This document shows positions 1 through 9,597 of a DNA stretch of 46,300 nt, piece by piece; the stretch's first letter is position 1, and each line of letters begins with the position of its first letter. A program made the position numbers and the translations under genes. This DNA is from an uncultured Lachnospiraceae bacterium (GTDB taxonomy: Bacteria > Bacillota > Clostridia > Lachnospirales > Lachnospiraceae), in NCBI GenBank assembly GCA_946566415.1, contig CAMNWW010000001.1:1-46300 (forward strand), read 5' to 3'. Under the pieces are notes generated by a model. That model had not been told where the DNA came from and did not search any database. It saw only the letters and a list, made by a program, of their open reading frames with translations.

Positions 1-1
1 G

Positions 2-916
2 ACCAAGCCGTGACCGTTAGCCTCCTTCGTTGGTTTTACAGAAAATGAAGTTAAAGAGCTATGTATAACTTACAGCATGGACTATGAAGAAGTAAAACGT
101 CTGTACGACGGTTATTGCTTTGAAGGTACAATACATATCTACAGCCCGCGCTCTGTAGTAAGCGCTATGCTCACCCACAGTTATGATAATTTTTGGAATA
201 AAACGGAGACCTTTGAGGCGCTAAGAGATTATATTATTTTAAATTATAAAGGTCTGCGTGATACCGTCACAGAACTTCTCGCAGGAGCTTATAAAAGGAT
301 AAATACGGCAACCTTCACGAATGACATGACTACTTTTTCTTCGGCAGACGATGTCCTCACCTTGTTGATTCATCTGGGATATCTTGGATATGATTTCAAG
401 AAAAAGGAAGTATTTATACCGAATTCAGAGATTGCTTCGGAATTTTGTAATGCAGTAGAATCTGCCGGATGGGAAAATCTTACAGATTCAATTAAAAAAT
501 CTGAGGAACTTCTAACTGCAACAATTAACAGGGACACCGAGGCTGTCGCGGTTGGGCTTGAAGCAGCGCATATAGAAACCTCTATCCTGACATATAATGA
601 TGAGAATGCTCTCTCCTGTACTATTGCGCTTGCATATTACAGTGCCAGAGAGTACTATACTTCCTTCCGAGAACTTCCAGCCGGAAAAGGATTTGCTGAT
701 ATAGTATATATTCCGCGGAAGAATCATCCAGATAAACCTGCACTTGTCATAGAGTTAAAATGGAATGAATCTGCACAAGGCGCTATTGAGCAGATAAAAA
801 ACAGATGCTATGCCGAGTCATTGAAAGACTATCAAGGAAACCTGCTTCTTGTCGGTATAATTTATAATAAGAAAACAAAAAAGCACCAGTGTATTATTGA
901 GCAGTATCATAAGTAA
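2..916 (+). pseudogene. C-terminal part of AAA-ATPase-like / PD-(D/E)XK (PDDEXK_9-type) nuclease fusion, with an in-frame TGA at 11-13; gene begins upstream of the window
   Basis: ORF 77-916 has RELPAGKGFADIVYIP...VIELKWN (nuclease motif) and aligns with the paralog at 29682-31265. The same frame upstream reads TKP*PLASFVGFTENEVKELC, matching paralog TDPKNLSTYFGFTEQEVQEQC. Confidence 0.75.
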
Positions 917-959
917 TTCGTTTTCTATAGGCTGCCATATATCCATAAGTATATTTTTC

Positions 960-988
960 TTGCAATTACTGGGGAAAATGTGTAGAAT
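960..988 (+). promoter_or_regulatory. sigma70/A-type promoter for the CDF-thioesterase-cvfB unit
   Basis: TTGCAA-17 nt-TAGAAT upstream of ATG 1045. Confidence 0.55.
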
Positions 989-1044
989 AATCCTCAAGGA
1001 GCAGATTATGGAAGTCTGATGGCAGGCGGAAGGATTTCAATCTT

Positions 1045-2232
1045 ATGACGGATTTTTTAGTGAAGATGTTCGTAAAAGAATATAATGAAGTAGAGAAGGT
1101 GTCTGTCCGTACCGCATACGGTGTGCTTGCGAGTATGGTGGGCATCTTTTGTAATGTATTCCTTGCGGCGGTAAAGGCAGCGATCGGAATTCTTCTTCAT
1201 AGTGTTTCGGTGCTGGCGGATGCCTTTAATAATTTATCGGACGCAGGATCTTCCATCATCGGTCTGGCAGGGGTGAAATTAGCAGAGAAACCTGCGGACA
1301 AAGAGCATCCTTTCGGACATGGGAGGCTGGAATATATTGCGGCGCTTATTGTTTCATTCCTTGTGATCGAAGTGGGATTTACCTTTTTCAAGGACTCTAT
1401 CGGGAAGATCAGACATCCGCAGGAGCTTCAGTTCCGGCTTCTTTCGGTCGTTATTTTGGCGCTTTCTATCGGGGTAAAGCTGTGGCTCGGATTCTTTAAT
1501 AAGAAACTTGGCCGCCGTATCGACTCCCAGGTGATGCTGGCAACGGCGGCGGACTCTTTAGGAGATGTTATTACGACATCGGCAACGATTTTGTCTATTC
1601 TATTCTGGCATGTAACAGGAATCAATATCGACGGTATTGTTGGCGTCGGCGTGTCGCTGGTGGTGATGTGGGCGGGCGTCGGCATTGCAAAGGATACCCT
1701 GGAACCGCTGATCGGCGCTGCTGCGTCGCCGGAAGATTACCGTAAGATCAAGCAGTTTGTTGAAAAGTACGAAGGGATCGTAGGTAGCCACGATCTGATT
1801 ATACATAACTATGGACCGGGTCGAAGCATGGCAAGCATTCATGCTGAAGTGCCAAGCGACGTGTCGGTGGAGACTTCTCACGAGATTATTGACAGGATAG
1901 AAAGAGACGCCGCGAAAGAGCTGGGGATTTTTTTAGTGATTCATATGGATCCCCTTGAAATGAAAGATCAGACGGTGTTGGATACCAGGAAAAAGGCAGA
2001 GCTTGTAGCTGAAGAATTGGACCCGAACCTGGGGATTCATGATTTTCGGATGGTGCCCGGCGAGGAGCAGATTAATCTAATATTTGATCTGGTAGTTCCC
2101 TGGGAATATTCTCAGAAACAAGGGGAGGAATTGATGCGTGAGCTGACGCGCCGGATACAGGAAATGGATAAACGGTATCAATGCGTGATTACGGTAGAAC
2201 AGAGCTATATTAAGTCGCCGGAGCGGCGCTGA
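1045..2232 (+). CDS. Cation diffusion facilitator (CDF) family transporter
   Basis: Multiple TM helices, SVLADAFNNLSD, PADKEHPFGHGRLEY, C-terminal dimerisation domain (HDLIIHNYGPG). Confidence 0.92.
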   Translation: MTDFLVKMFVKEYNEVEKVSVRTAYGVLASMVGIFCNVFLAAVKAAIGILLHSVSVLADAFNNLSDAGSSIIGLAGVKLAEKPADKEHPFGHGRLEYIAALIVSFLVIEVGFTFFKDSIGKIRHPQELQFRLLSVVILALSIGVKLWLGFFNKKLGRRIDSQVMLATAADSLGDVITTSATILSILFWHVTGINIDGIVGVGVSLVVMWAGVGIAKDTLEPLIGAAASPEDYRKIKQFVEKYEGIVGSHDLIIHNYGPGRSMASIHAEVPSDVSVETSHEIIDRIERDAAKELGIFLVIHMDPLEMKDQTVLDTRKKAELVAEELDPNLGIHDFRMVPGEEQINLIFDLVVPWEYSQKQGEELMRELTRRIQEMDKRYQCVITVEQSYIKSPERR

Positions 2233-2247
2233 GGAGGAACAAGGTAA

Positions 2248-2970
2248 ATGTATACGTTTGAGAGCAGGGTAAGGTTCAGTGAGGTTGATCATACGGAGCA
2301 GATGACGCTTCCCTCGCTGGTTAATTATTTTCAGGACTGCAGTACGTTCCAGTCGGAAGATTTGGGGCTGGGGGTTGATGTCCTTAAGAGGAGAAAAAAG
2401 GCGTGGATCCTGTCTTCGTGGCAGATCGTTGTGAACCGTTACCCACGGTTCGGTGAGAAAATAAGGACAGCGACCTGGGCGACGGGGTTCGACGGATTCT
2501 TTGGAACAAGGAATTTTCAAATGACAGATAAGGAAGGACAGGCAGCCTGGGCAAATTCGGTATGGATATTTATGGATATCGAGAAGGGGCGGCCTGTGCG
2601 GCCGGCGGCGGAGGATGTGGAGGCTTATGGGATGGAAAAGCCTTTGGAGATGGAGTTTGCCCCACGCAAGATCGCGCTTCCGAAGGAGACGCGGGAGCAG
2701 GAAGGGTTTTCGGTACGGGCGGATCAGATTGACACCAACGAGCATGTGAATAACTGCCAGTATATCCAGATGGCGGCGGAGGTAATGCCGGAGTGTGCAA
2801 GATCAGGGCAGATTCGGGTGGAATACCGGAAGTCGGCCGTGCTTGGAGACAGAATTTACCCGAAAACAGCGGTGGAAGCCGCCAGGAAGATCGTAGAACT
2901 ATGCGGCGCAGACGGCAAGCCGTTTGCAGTAATCGAATTTAAGGAGAACGGACAGGATGGAATTAGGTAA
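2248..2970 (+). CDS. Acyl-ACP thioesterase family protein
   Basis: RVRFSEVD N-terminus and DTNEHVNNCQY catalytic motif; RBS GAGGAGG. Confidence 0.88.
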   Translation: MYTFESRVRFSEVDHTEQMTLPSLVNYFQDCSTFQSEDLGLGVDVLKRRKKAWILSSWQIVVNRYPRFGEKIRTATWATGFDGFFGTRNFQMTDKEGQAAWANSVWIFMDIEKGRPVRPAAEDVEAYGMEKPLEMEFAPRKIALPKETREQEGFSVRADQIDTNEHVNNCQYIQMAAEVMPECARSGQIRVEYRKSAVLGDRIYPKTAVEAARKIVELCGADGKPFAVIEFKENGQDGIR

Positions 2971-3784
2971 AAAACAGGTGTTGACCGTAGTAAAACGAGT
3001 GGATTTCGGGGTATACTTAGGAAGTGACGAGGAAAAGGTACTTTTGCCGAAAAAGCAGGTGCCGGAAGGAATCGAGCTAGGCGACCCGGTGGAGGTGTTC
3101 TTATACCGGGATTCTTCAGACCGCATGATCGCGACCACCAAGGAACCCAGGCTGACACTGGGAGAGACAGCGTATCTTGAAGTGGTCCAGGTCGGGAAGA
3201 TGGGGGCGTTTCTGGATTGGGGACTGGAAAAGGATTTGTTTCTTCCTTTCAGGGAGCAGACGATGAAGATAAAAGAAGGAGACCGGTGCGTGGCGGCGCT
3301 TTATGTGGATAAGAGCGGGAGGCTCTGTGCGACGATGAAAGTATATCCATATCTGCGCAAAGATTCGCCTTATCAGAAGGATGATGAAGTAGAGGGCGTG
3401 ATCTACGAATCAAGTAAGAATTTCGGCATGTTCGTTGCCGTAGATGAAAAGTATTCCGCTTTGATTCCGAAGAAAGAAGTGACAGGGGAACTGGCGGTAG
3501 GACAGCATATTCATGCGAGGGTAACGGAAGTGAAAGAGGACGGAAAGCTGGACTTAAGTGTACGCCAAAAGGCGTTCGTTCAGTTGGAAGAGGACGCTGT
3601 GCGTGTTTTTGAACGGATGGAGCAGCTTGGAGGAGAACTTCCCTTTAACGATAAGGCGGACGCGGAGGTTATACGGGCTGAATTTGGGTTTAGTAAAAGC
3701 GCTTTCAAGCGTGCCGTAGGACACCTCTATAAACAAAGAAAAATAGAAATTCGTGAAAAAACACTTGCAATTATAGAAAAATAG
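2957..3784 (+). CDS. cvfB: CvfB-family S1 RNA-binding domain protein
   Basis: Tandem S1 repeats (GAFLDWGLEKDLFLP), C-terminal winged helix SKSAFKRAVGHLYKQ. Confidence 0.85.
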   Translation: MELGKKQVLTVVKRVDFGVYLGSDEEKVLLPKKQVPEGIELGDPVEVFLYRDSSDRMIATTKEPRLTLGETAYLEVVQVGKMGAFLDWGLEKDLFLPFREQTMKIKEGDRCVAALYVDKSGRLCATMKVYPYLRKDSPYQKDDEVEGVIYESSKNFGMFVAVDEKYSALIPKKEVTGELAVGQHIHARVTEVKEDGKLDLSVRQKAFVQLEEDAVRVFERMEQLGGELPFNDKADAEVIRAEFGFSKSAFKRAVGHLYKQRKIEIREKTLAIIEK

Positions 3785-3839
3785 TGTAAACTGAGTGTCG
3801 GAAGAATAGTATGAAGAGAAAAGAAAGGAGTTGTACATT

Positions 3840-4073
3840 ATGAAGGTACAAAATATTAACAACATTGAAAAGTTTTTTAAGGTAATCGACAGCTGCTCCG
3901 GAAAGGTGGAACTGGTAACAGGCGAGGGCGACCGGCTGAATCTGAAATCTAAGTTATCTCAGTACGTTTCTCTGGCGAACATTTTTTCAAACGGTGAGAT
4001 TCCGGAGATGGAACTGATCGCTTATGAGAAAGAGGACATTGATAAATTGGTTGATTTCATGATCAACGGCTAG
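3840..4073 (+). CDS. Small (77 aa) protein, possible HPr-like fold without the phosphoacceptor His
   Basis: RBS AAGGAG at 3825-3830, ATG 3840; VELVTGEGDRLNLKSKLS resembles the HPr NAKS region; no His in the protein. Confidence 0.7.
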   Translation: MKVQNINNIEKFFKVIDSCSGKVELVTGEGDRLNLKSKLSQYVSLANIFSNGEIPEMELIAYEKEDIDKLVDFMING

Positions 4074-4082
4074 GGATATACC

Positions 4083-4115
4083 TGAACTAAATCGCCTGTT
4101 TGGCGATGGGTTTCA
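4083..4115. repeat. 33-bp imperfect palindrome, REP-like; second copy at 31263-31295
   Basis: TGAACTAAATCGCCTGTTTGGCGATGGGTTTCA; its reverse complement matches 31263-31295 at 27/33 positions. Confidence 0.65.
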
Positions 4116-4138
4116 AATTTAAATTAAGAAACGATCAG

Positions 4139-4172
4139 CGGCAGATTAGGCTACGCCTGTCTGCCGTTTTTT
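4139..4172 (+). terminator. Rho-independent terminator
   Basis: CGGCAGATTAGGC-TAC-GCCTGTCTGCCG followed by TTTTTT. Confidence 0.7.
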
Positions 4173-4194
4173 AACATAGGAGGGCGGTGGTAAG

Positions 4195-7100
4195 GTGAAT
4201 TTTGCACATTTGCATGTCCATACGGAGTATAGCCTTTTGGACGGCTCCAACAAGATTACAGAGTATGTCTCGCGGGTGAAGGAGCTGGGAATGACGGCGG
4301 CGGCGATCACAGATCACGGCGTGATGTTCGGAGTCATTGATTTCTACCGCGCCGCGAAAGCGGCGGGGATCAACCCGGTTCTGGGCTGTGAGGTCTATGT
4401 GGCGCCGGAATCCAGGTTCGACAAAGAGGCGGTAGGGAAATCCGAGGACAGATACTATCATCTGGTGCTTTTGGCGGAGAATAATACAGGCTACGCGAAT
4501 CTGACGAAGATCGTATCAAGAGGATTTACAGAGGGATATTATTATAAGCCCCGGGTGGACTATGAACTTCTGGAGGAGTATCATGAAGGCCTGATCGCCC
4601 TCAGCGCGTGCCTTGCCGGGGAGGTGCAGAAGAATCTGGCGAGAGGAATGTATGAGGAGGGGAAAAAGGCGGCCCTTAAGTATCAGGAAATCTTTGGGAA
4701 AGGTAATTTCTTCCTGGAACTGCAGGATCACGGGATCCCGGAACAAAGGACGGTCAACCAGCAGCTCCTTCGGCTTTCGCAGGATATCGGTATCGATCTG
4801 GTTGCGACCAACGATGTGCATTATACCTACGCCGAGGATGAGAAGCCGCATGACATCCTGCTGTGTATGCAGACAGGGAAAAAACTGGCGGATGAAGACA
4901 GGATGCGCTATGAGGGCGGGCAGTATTATGTGAAGTCTCCCGGGGAAATGGCGGAATTATTCCCCTATGCGCCGGAAGCACTGGAAAATACGCAGAGGAT
5001 TGCGGACCGGTGCCATGTGGAGATTGAGTTCGGCGTGACAAAACTCCCCAAATTCGATGTCCCGGAAGGGTATACTTCCTGGGAATACCTGAACCGACTG
5101 TGCTTCGAGGGACTTAAAAAGCGATATGACAATCCTGGGAGTGAGCTGACCGACCGGCTGAACTATGAGCTTAGCGTCATCAAAAATATGGGGTATGTGG
5201 ACTATTTCCTCATTGTATGGGATTTTATCCATTTTGCACGGGAGAACGGGATCGCGGTGGGACCGGGGCGGGGCTCTGCCGCCGGAAGTATCGTGGCGTA
5301 TACCTTGGAGATCACGAACATTGACCCGATCCGTTATCAGCTCCTTTTTGAAAGATTTCTTAACCCAGAACGGGTATCCATGCCGGATATTGATATTGAT
5401 TTTTGTTTTGAACGCAGGCAGGAAGTCATTGATTATGTGGTGCGTAAATATGGAAAAGACCGGGTAGTACAGATCGTGACATTCGGAACCTTGCAGGCGC
5501 GCGGGGTACTGCGCGATGTGGGAAGAGTTATGGATATGCCTTATGCGTTCGTGGATTCGATCGCGAAAATGATTCCCAAGGAGCTGAACATTACGCTGGA
5601 GCGTGCCCTTAGCATGAATCCGGAGCTGAGAAAGCTGTATGCGGAGGATGGGCAGGTTAAAGAATTGATCGACATGGCGAAACGTCTGGAAGGACTGCCG
5701 CGCCACACCTCCACCCATGCGGCTGGAGTCGTCATCAGCCAGAAGGCGGTGGATGAGTACGTACCGCTCGCCCTGGGAGTGGACGATATTGTCGTTACAC
5801 AGTTCACGATGACGACCTTAGAGGAGCTGGGACTTCTGAAAATGGATTTCCTGGGACTTCGGACGCTTACCGTTATACAGGATGCAGTGCGGCTTATTAA
5901 GGAGGGCGTCGGCGAGACGATATCGGTGGAGGCTCTGGACTATAATGACAAGGCAGTGTTCGGACTTTTAGGGAGCGGGAAGACGGACGGCGTGTTCCAG
6001 CTTGAAAGCGCCGGGATGAAAAGCTTCATGAAGGAACTAAAGCCCCAGTCTCTGGAGGATGTAATTGCGGGTATCGCCCTGTACCGGCCCGGTCCGATGG
6101 ACTTTATCCCTCAATATGTGAAAGGAAAGAATCATTCGGGACAGATCACCTACGACTGCCCGCAGCTTAAGTCGATCCTGGCGCCGACCTACGGCTGTAT
6201 CGTGTATCAGGAACAGGTCATGCAGATCGTGCGTGATTTGGCAGGCTATTCTCTTGGAAGGAGCGATCTGGTGCGGCGTGCCATGAGCAAGAAAAAAGGC
6301 GACGTTATGCAGAGAGAGCGCCAGAATTTCGTGTATGGGAACCAGGATGAAGGGATACCGGGCTGCATAGCCAATGGAATACCGGAAAATGTAGCGAATA
6401 AGATTTTTGACGAGATGATCGATTTTGCGAAATATGCGTTTAACAAATCCCATGCAGCGGCTTATGCGGTGGTAGCTTATCAGACAGCCTATCTGAAATA
6501 TTATCATCCGGTGGAATTTATGGCGGCGCTGATGACTTCCGTGATTGATAATCCGGGAAAAGTCGCAGAATATATCTATAGCTGCAGGCAGATGGGGATC
6601 GAGATTCTATCGCCGGATATCAACCGGGGAGCGGGCTATTTCACCGTGGACGGCGGAAATATCCGTTACGGCCTTGCGGCGATAAAGAGTATAGGGAAGC
6701 CTGTGATCGACTCGATCCTTGACGAGAGGAAGGAGAGGGGAGCTTTCCGGGATCTTCGGGACTTTATGGAACGCGTTTCAGGCAAGGAAGTAAATAAGCG
6801 GGCTGTGGAGAATTTTATCAAGTCCGGAGCTTTTGACGGCCTAAAAGGGACAAGGAAACAGAAGATGATTATCTATGTCCAGATTATGGATCAGGTGAAC
6901 CAGGAAAAGAAGTATTCCATGGCAGGGCAGATGTCGCTGTTTGACATCGTGGATGAGGAGCAGAAAAAAGAGTTTGAGGTTACTATGCCGGATGTGGGCG
7001 AATATCAGAAAGAGACGCTGCTCTCATTCGAGAAAGAGGTGCTGGGGGTGTACCTTAGCGGACATCCGCTTGAAGAATACGAAGAAAAATGGAGGAAAAA

Positions 7101-7671
7101 TATTACCGCGACCACAAGGGACTTCCAACTGGACGAGGAGACCGGACGGACCAAAGTACACGACGGCGCTAGGGCAGTCCTGGGCGGCATGATTATAGCC
7201 AAGACGATCAAGTATACGAAAACGAACCAGACCATGGCGTTTATTACCATCGAGGATCTGATGGGGACGGCGGAAGTGGTGATCTTCCCGAGAGATTATG
7301 AAAAGAATCAGCAGTACCTGCAGGAGGACAACAAAGTATTTGTGCGGGGAAGGGTTTCCGAGGAGGACGATAATGCGAGCAAACTGATATGCGAGGCTGT
7401 CATTCCATTTGATCAGACCCGCCGGGAGCTATGGGTTCAGTATAAAGATAAGGCGGCGTTTTTGGAGGATGAGGCGAACCTTTACCGGATGATTTCAGAC
7501 AGCGAAGGGGAAGATGAGGTAGTGATCTACTGCAAGGCAGAACATGCGGTGAAGCGCCTGCCAAGGAACAAGAGTATTCATATCGAGCCGGGGATTTTGA
7601 GCAGGTTGACGAATTATTATGGAGAATCTTGTGCAAAAGTTGTGGAAAAAGCGATTGAAAACCATTGGTAA
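4195..7671 (+). CDS. dnaE: DNA polymerase III subunit alpha
   Basis: PHP domain HLHVHTEYSLLDG, GPGRGSAAGS, MPDIDIDF, YAFNKSHAAAY, C-terminal OB fold. Confidence 0.97.
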   Translation: MNFAHLHVHTEYSLLDGSNKITEYVSRVKELGMTAAAITDHGVMFGVIDFYRAAKAAGINPVLGCEVYVAPESRFDKEAVGKSEDRYYHLVLLAENNTGYANLTKIVSRGFTEGYYYKPRVDYELLEEYHEGLIALSACLAGEVQKNLARGMYEEGKKAALKYQEIFGKGNFFLELQDHGIPEQRTVNQQLLRLSQDIGIDLVATNDVHYTYAEDEKPHDILLCMQTGKKLADEDRMRYEGGQYYVKSPGEMAELFPYAPEALENTQRIADRCHVEIEFGVTKLPKFDVPEGYTSWEYLNRLCFEGLKKRYDNPGSELTDRLNYELSVIKNMGYVDYFLIVWDFIHFARENGIAVGPGRGSAAGSIVAYTLEITNIDPIRYQLLFERFLNPERVSMPDIDIDFCFERRQEVIDYVVRKYGKDRVVQIVTFGTLQARGVLRDVGRVMDMPYAFVDSIAKMIPKELNITLERALSMNPELRKLYAEDGQVKELIDMAKRLEGLPRHTSTHAAGVVISQKAVDEYVPLALGVDDIVVTQFTMTTLEELGLLKMDFLGLRTLTVIQDAVRLIKEGVGETISVEALDYNDKAVFGLLGSGKTDGVFQLESAGMKSFMKELKPQSLEDVIAGIALYRPGPMDFIPQYVKGKNHSGQITYDCPQLKSILAPTYGCIVYQEQVMQIVRDLAGYSLGRSDLVRRAMSKKKGDVMQRERQNFVYGNQDEGIPGCIANGIPENVANKIFDEMIDFAKYAFNKSHAAAYAVVAYQTAYLKYYHPVEFMAALMTSVIDNPGKVAEYIYSCRQMGIEILSPDINRGAGYFTVDGGNIRYGLAAIKSIGKPVIDSILDERKERGAFRDLRDFMERVSGKEVNKRAVENFIKSGAFDGLKGTRKQKMIIYVQIMDQVNQEKKYSMAGQMSLFDIVDEEQKKEFEVTMPDVGEYQKETLLSFEKEVLGVYLSGHPLEEYEEKWRKNITATTRDFQLDEETGRTKVHDGARAVLGGMIIAKTIKYTKTNQTMAFITIEDLMGTAEVVIFPRDYEKNQQYLQEDNKVFVRGRVSEEDDNASKLICEAVIPFDQTRRELWVQYKDKAAFLEDEANLYRMISDSEGEDEVVIYCKAEHAVKRLPRNKSIHIEPGILSRLTNYYGESCAKVVEKAIENHW

Positions 7672-7721
7672 AAGGGTTAAAATGTACCTAAAAAATAGGT
7701 GTGGACACGGAGGGAAGGATC

Positions 7722-8699
7722 ATGGCAGAAAAAATTATACGGACGATCGGTGTGCTGACCAGCGGCGGGGATGCGCCGGGAATGAATGCGGCGATCCGTG
7801 CGGTGACTCGTACAGCGCTGGGGAAAGGTCTGAAGGTTCGGGGGATCAGAAGAGGTTACTCGGGGCTTTTGAATGAAGAGATCATTGATTTAAGCGCAAG
7901 AGATGTCTCCGATACGATCCAGCGGGGAGGTACGATCCTCCAGACGGCACGCTGCGAGGAGATGCGTACTGTAGAAGGACAGCAGAAAGCGGCGGCAATC
8001 TGTAAGAAATATGGAATCGACGGATTGGTAGTTATCGGCGGAGACGGCTCGTTTAAGGGTGCGCAGAAGCTTTCCGATTATGGAGTCAATACGATCGGGC
8101 TTCCAGGGACGATTGATCTGGATATCGCCTGTACAGAATATACGATTGGGTTTGATACAGCGGTCAACACAGCAATGGAAGCGATTGATAAGGTGCGCGA
8201 TACCTCGACTTCCCATGAGCGGTGCAGTATCATTGAAGTCATGGGGCGCGACGCCGGATATCTGGCATTGTGGTGCGGAATTGCCAATGGCGCTGAACGG
8301 ATTCTGCTCCCGGAAGAGCACGACTATGATGAAGCAAAGATCGTGGAGGATATTAAGGAAAACAGAAAACGAGGCAAGAAGCATTATATTATCATTAATG
8401 CGGAAGGAATCGGCGATTCCATGAACATGGCAAAGAGGATCGAAGAGGAGACCGGCATGGAGACCCGTGCGACTGTCCTGGGGCACATGCAGCGCGGCGG
8501 AAGCCCGACGGCAAAAGACAGGGTGTACGCATCCATTATGGGAGCGCTTGCGGTGGAACTTCTCATGCAGGGGAAGACGAACCGGGTAGTAGGATACCGC
8601 CACGGAGAGTATATTGACTTTGATATCGACGAGGCTCTGGCAATGCAGAAAGGAATCCCGCAGTTCCAGTACGATATTGCAAGACAGCTTGCACTATAA
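7722..8699 (+). CDS. pfkA: ATP-dependent 6-phosphofructokinase
   Basis: GVLTSGGDAPGMNAAIR, IGGDGS, PGTIDLD, EVMGR, LGHMQRGG; ATG 7722 preferred from RBS spacing. Confidence 0.96.
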   Translation: MAEKIIRTIGVLTSGGDAPGMNAAIRAVTRTALGKGLKVRGIRRGYSGLLNEEIIDLSARDVSDTIQRGGTILQTARCEEMRTVEGQQKAAAICKKYGIDGLVVIGGDGSFKGAQKLSDYGVNTIGLPGTIDLDIACTEYTIGFDTAVNTAMEAIDKVRDTSTSHERCSIIEVMGRDAGYLALWCGIANGAERILLPEEHDYDEAKIVEDIKENRKRGKKHYIIINAEGIGDSMNMAKRIEEETGMETRATVLGHMQRGGSPTAKDRVYASIMGALAVELLMQGKTNRVVGYRHGEYIDFDIDEALAMQKGIPQFQYDIARQLAL

Positions 8700-8713
8700 T
8701 TTTAAGAAGAGAT

Positions 8714-8756
8714 AAAACGCTATGTCCGGCGATTTGCCGGGGCATAGCGTTTTTTT
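8714..8756 (+). terminator. Rho-independent terminator after pfkA
   Basis: AAAACGCTATGTCCGGC...GCCGGGGCATAGCGTTTTTTT. Confidence 0.85.
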
Positions 8757-8848
8757 ACATACTCTTTATAAATAATGTATTTAGTGCATAATCCAGATTT
8801 GATAAAGGTCTTTTCTGAATACAGAAATACAAAAATCTTGCTTCATAC

Positions 8849-8877
8849 TTGGAATATTACAATGGATATGGTATGAT
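8849..8877 (+). promoter_or_regulatory. Promoter for DUF1934 gene (extended -10)
   Basis: TTGGAA-17 nt-TATGAT with TG upstream of -10. Confidence 0.45.
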
Positions 8878-9014
8878 ATAGAAACTCAGGACAGCAGTGC
8901 GGCAGAGCGCATTGCGAATGTTTTCGTCGATTTTGGGAGTGCAAAGCACGGAAAAATCGACGGTGGACTCATTTGTCGGGCAACTCATAATATAATATAG
9001 AATAGGGAAGATAT

Positions 9015-9470
9015 ATGACGAAAAAAGTATTATTAGCAATTTCGGGACTTCATATAATGGATATGGCGGGTGACGAACCGGAGGAAAGCGAGCCGATCGA
9101 AGTGATCACGCCGGCAAGCTATTACCTGAAAAATGGAAAACATTATATTCTATATGATGAAGTGATAGAAGGAAGCTCCCAAATAACGAAAAACAAGATT
9201 AAGATCACAGGAAATGAGGCGCTTGAAATTATTAAAAGCGGGGCGACCTCTTCACACATGATATTTGAAAAAAACAGAATGAACGCTACGCGCTATGAGA
9301 CGCCTTACGGAGAAATTCAGGTGGGGGTCTTTACAAAGTCGATGAACGTTGAGGAGAGCGAGGACTTCATCGGTGTGGAAGTGGAGTATGGACTGGATGT
9401 GAACAGCGAGCCGGTCGCGGACTGCCATATCAGCCTGTCTGTGCGCCCCGGGAATGCAAGGGTATTATGA
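9015..9470 (+). CDS. DUF1934 family beta-barrel protein
   Basis: YYLKNGKHYILYDE and YETPYGEI motifs, all-beta pattern. Confidence 0.8.
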   Translation: MTKKVLLAISGLHIMDMAGDEPEESEPIEVITPASYYLKNGKHYILYDEVIEGSSQITKNKIKITGNEALEIIKSGATSSHMIFEKNRMNATRYETPYGEIQVGVFTKSMNVEESEDFIGVEVEYGLDVNSEPVADCHISLSVRPGNARVL

Positions 9471-9597
9471 TAAAGAAGATGTTATATAAATGCTGTACAA
9501 AAGGCTGTCCGATTGTATGGCATTTTTTCATTGTACAAATTCTTTGTTCATGATATTCTATAAACAGAATTATCAAAGAATGGCGGTGAAATAGTAT

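Noticed and set aside
11-13. TGA as selenocysteine or alternative genetic code
   Set aside because: TGA is used as a normal stop in many genes here, and the aligned position is not a conserved Cys
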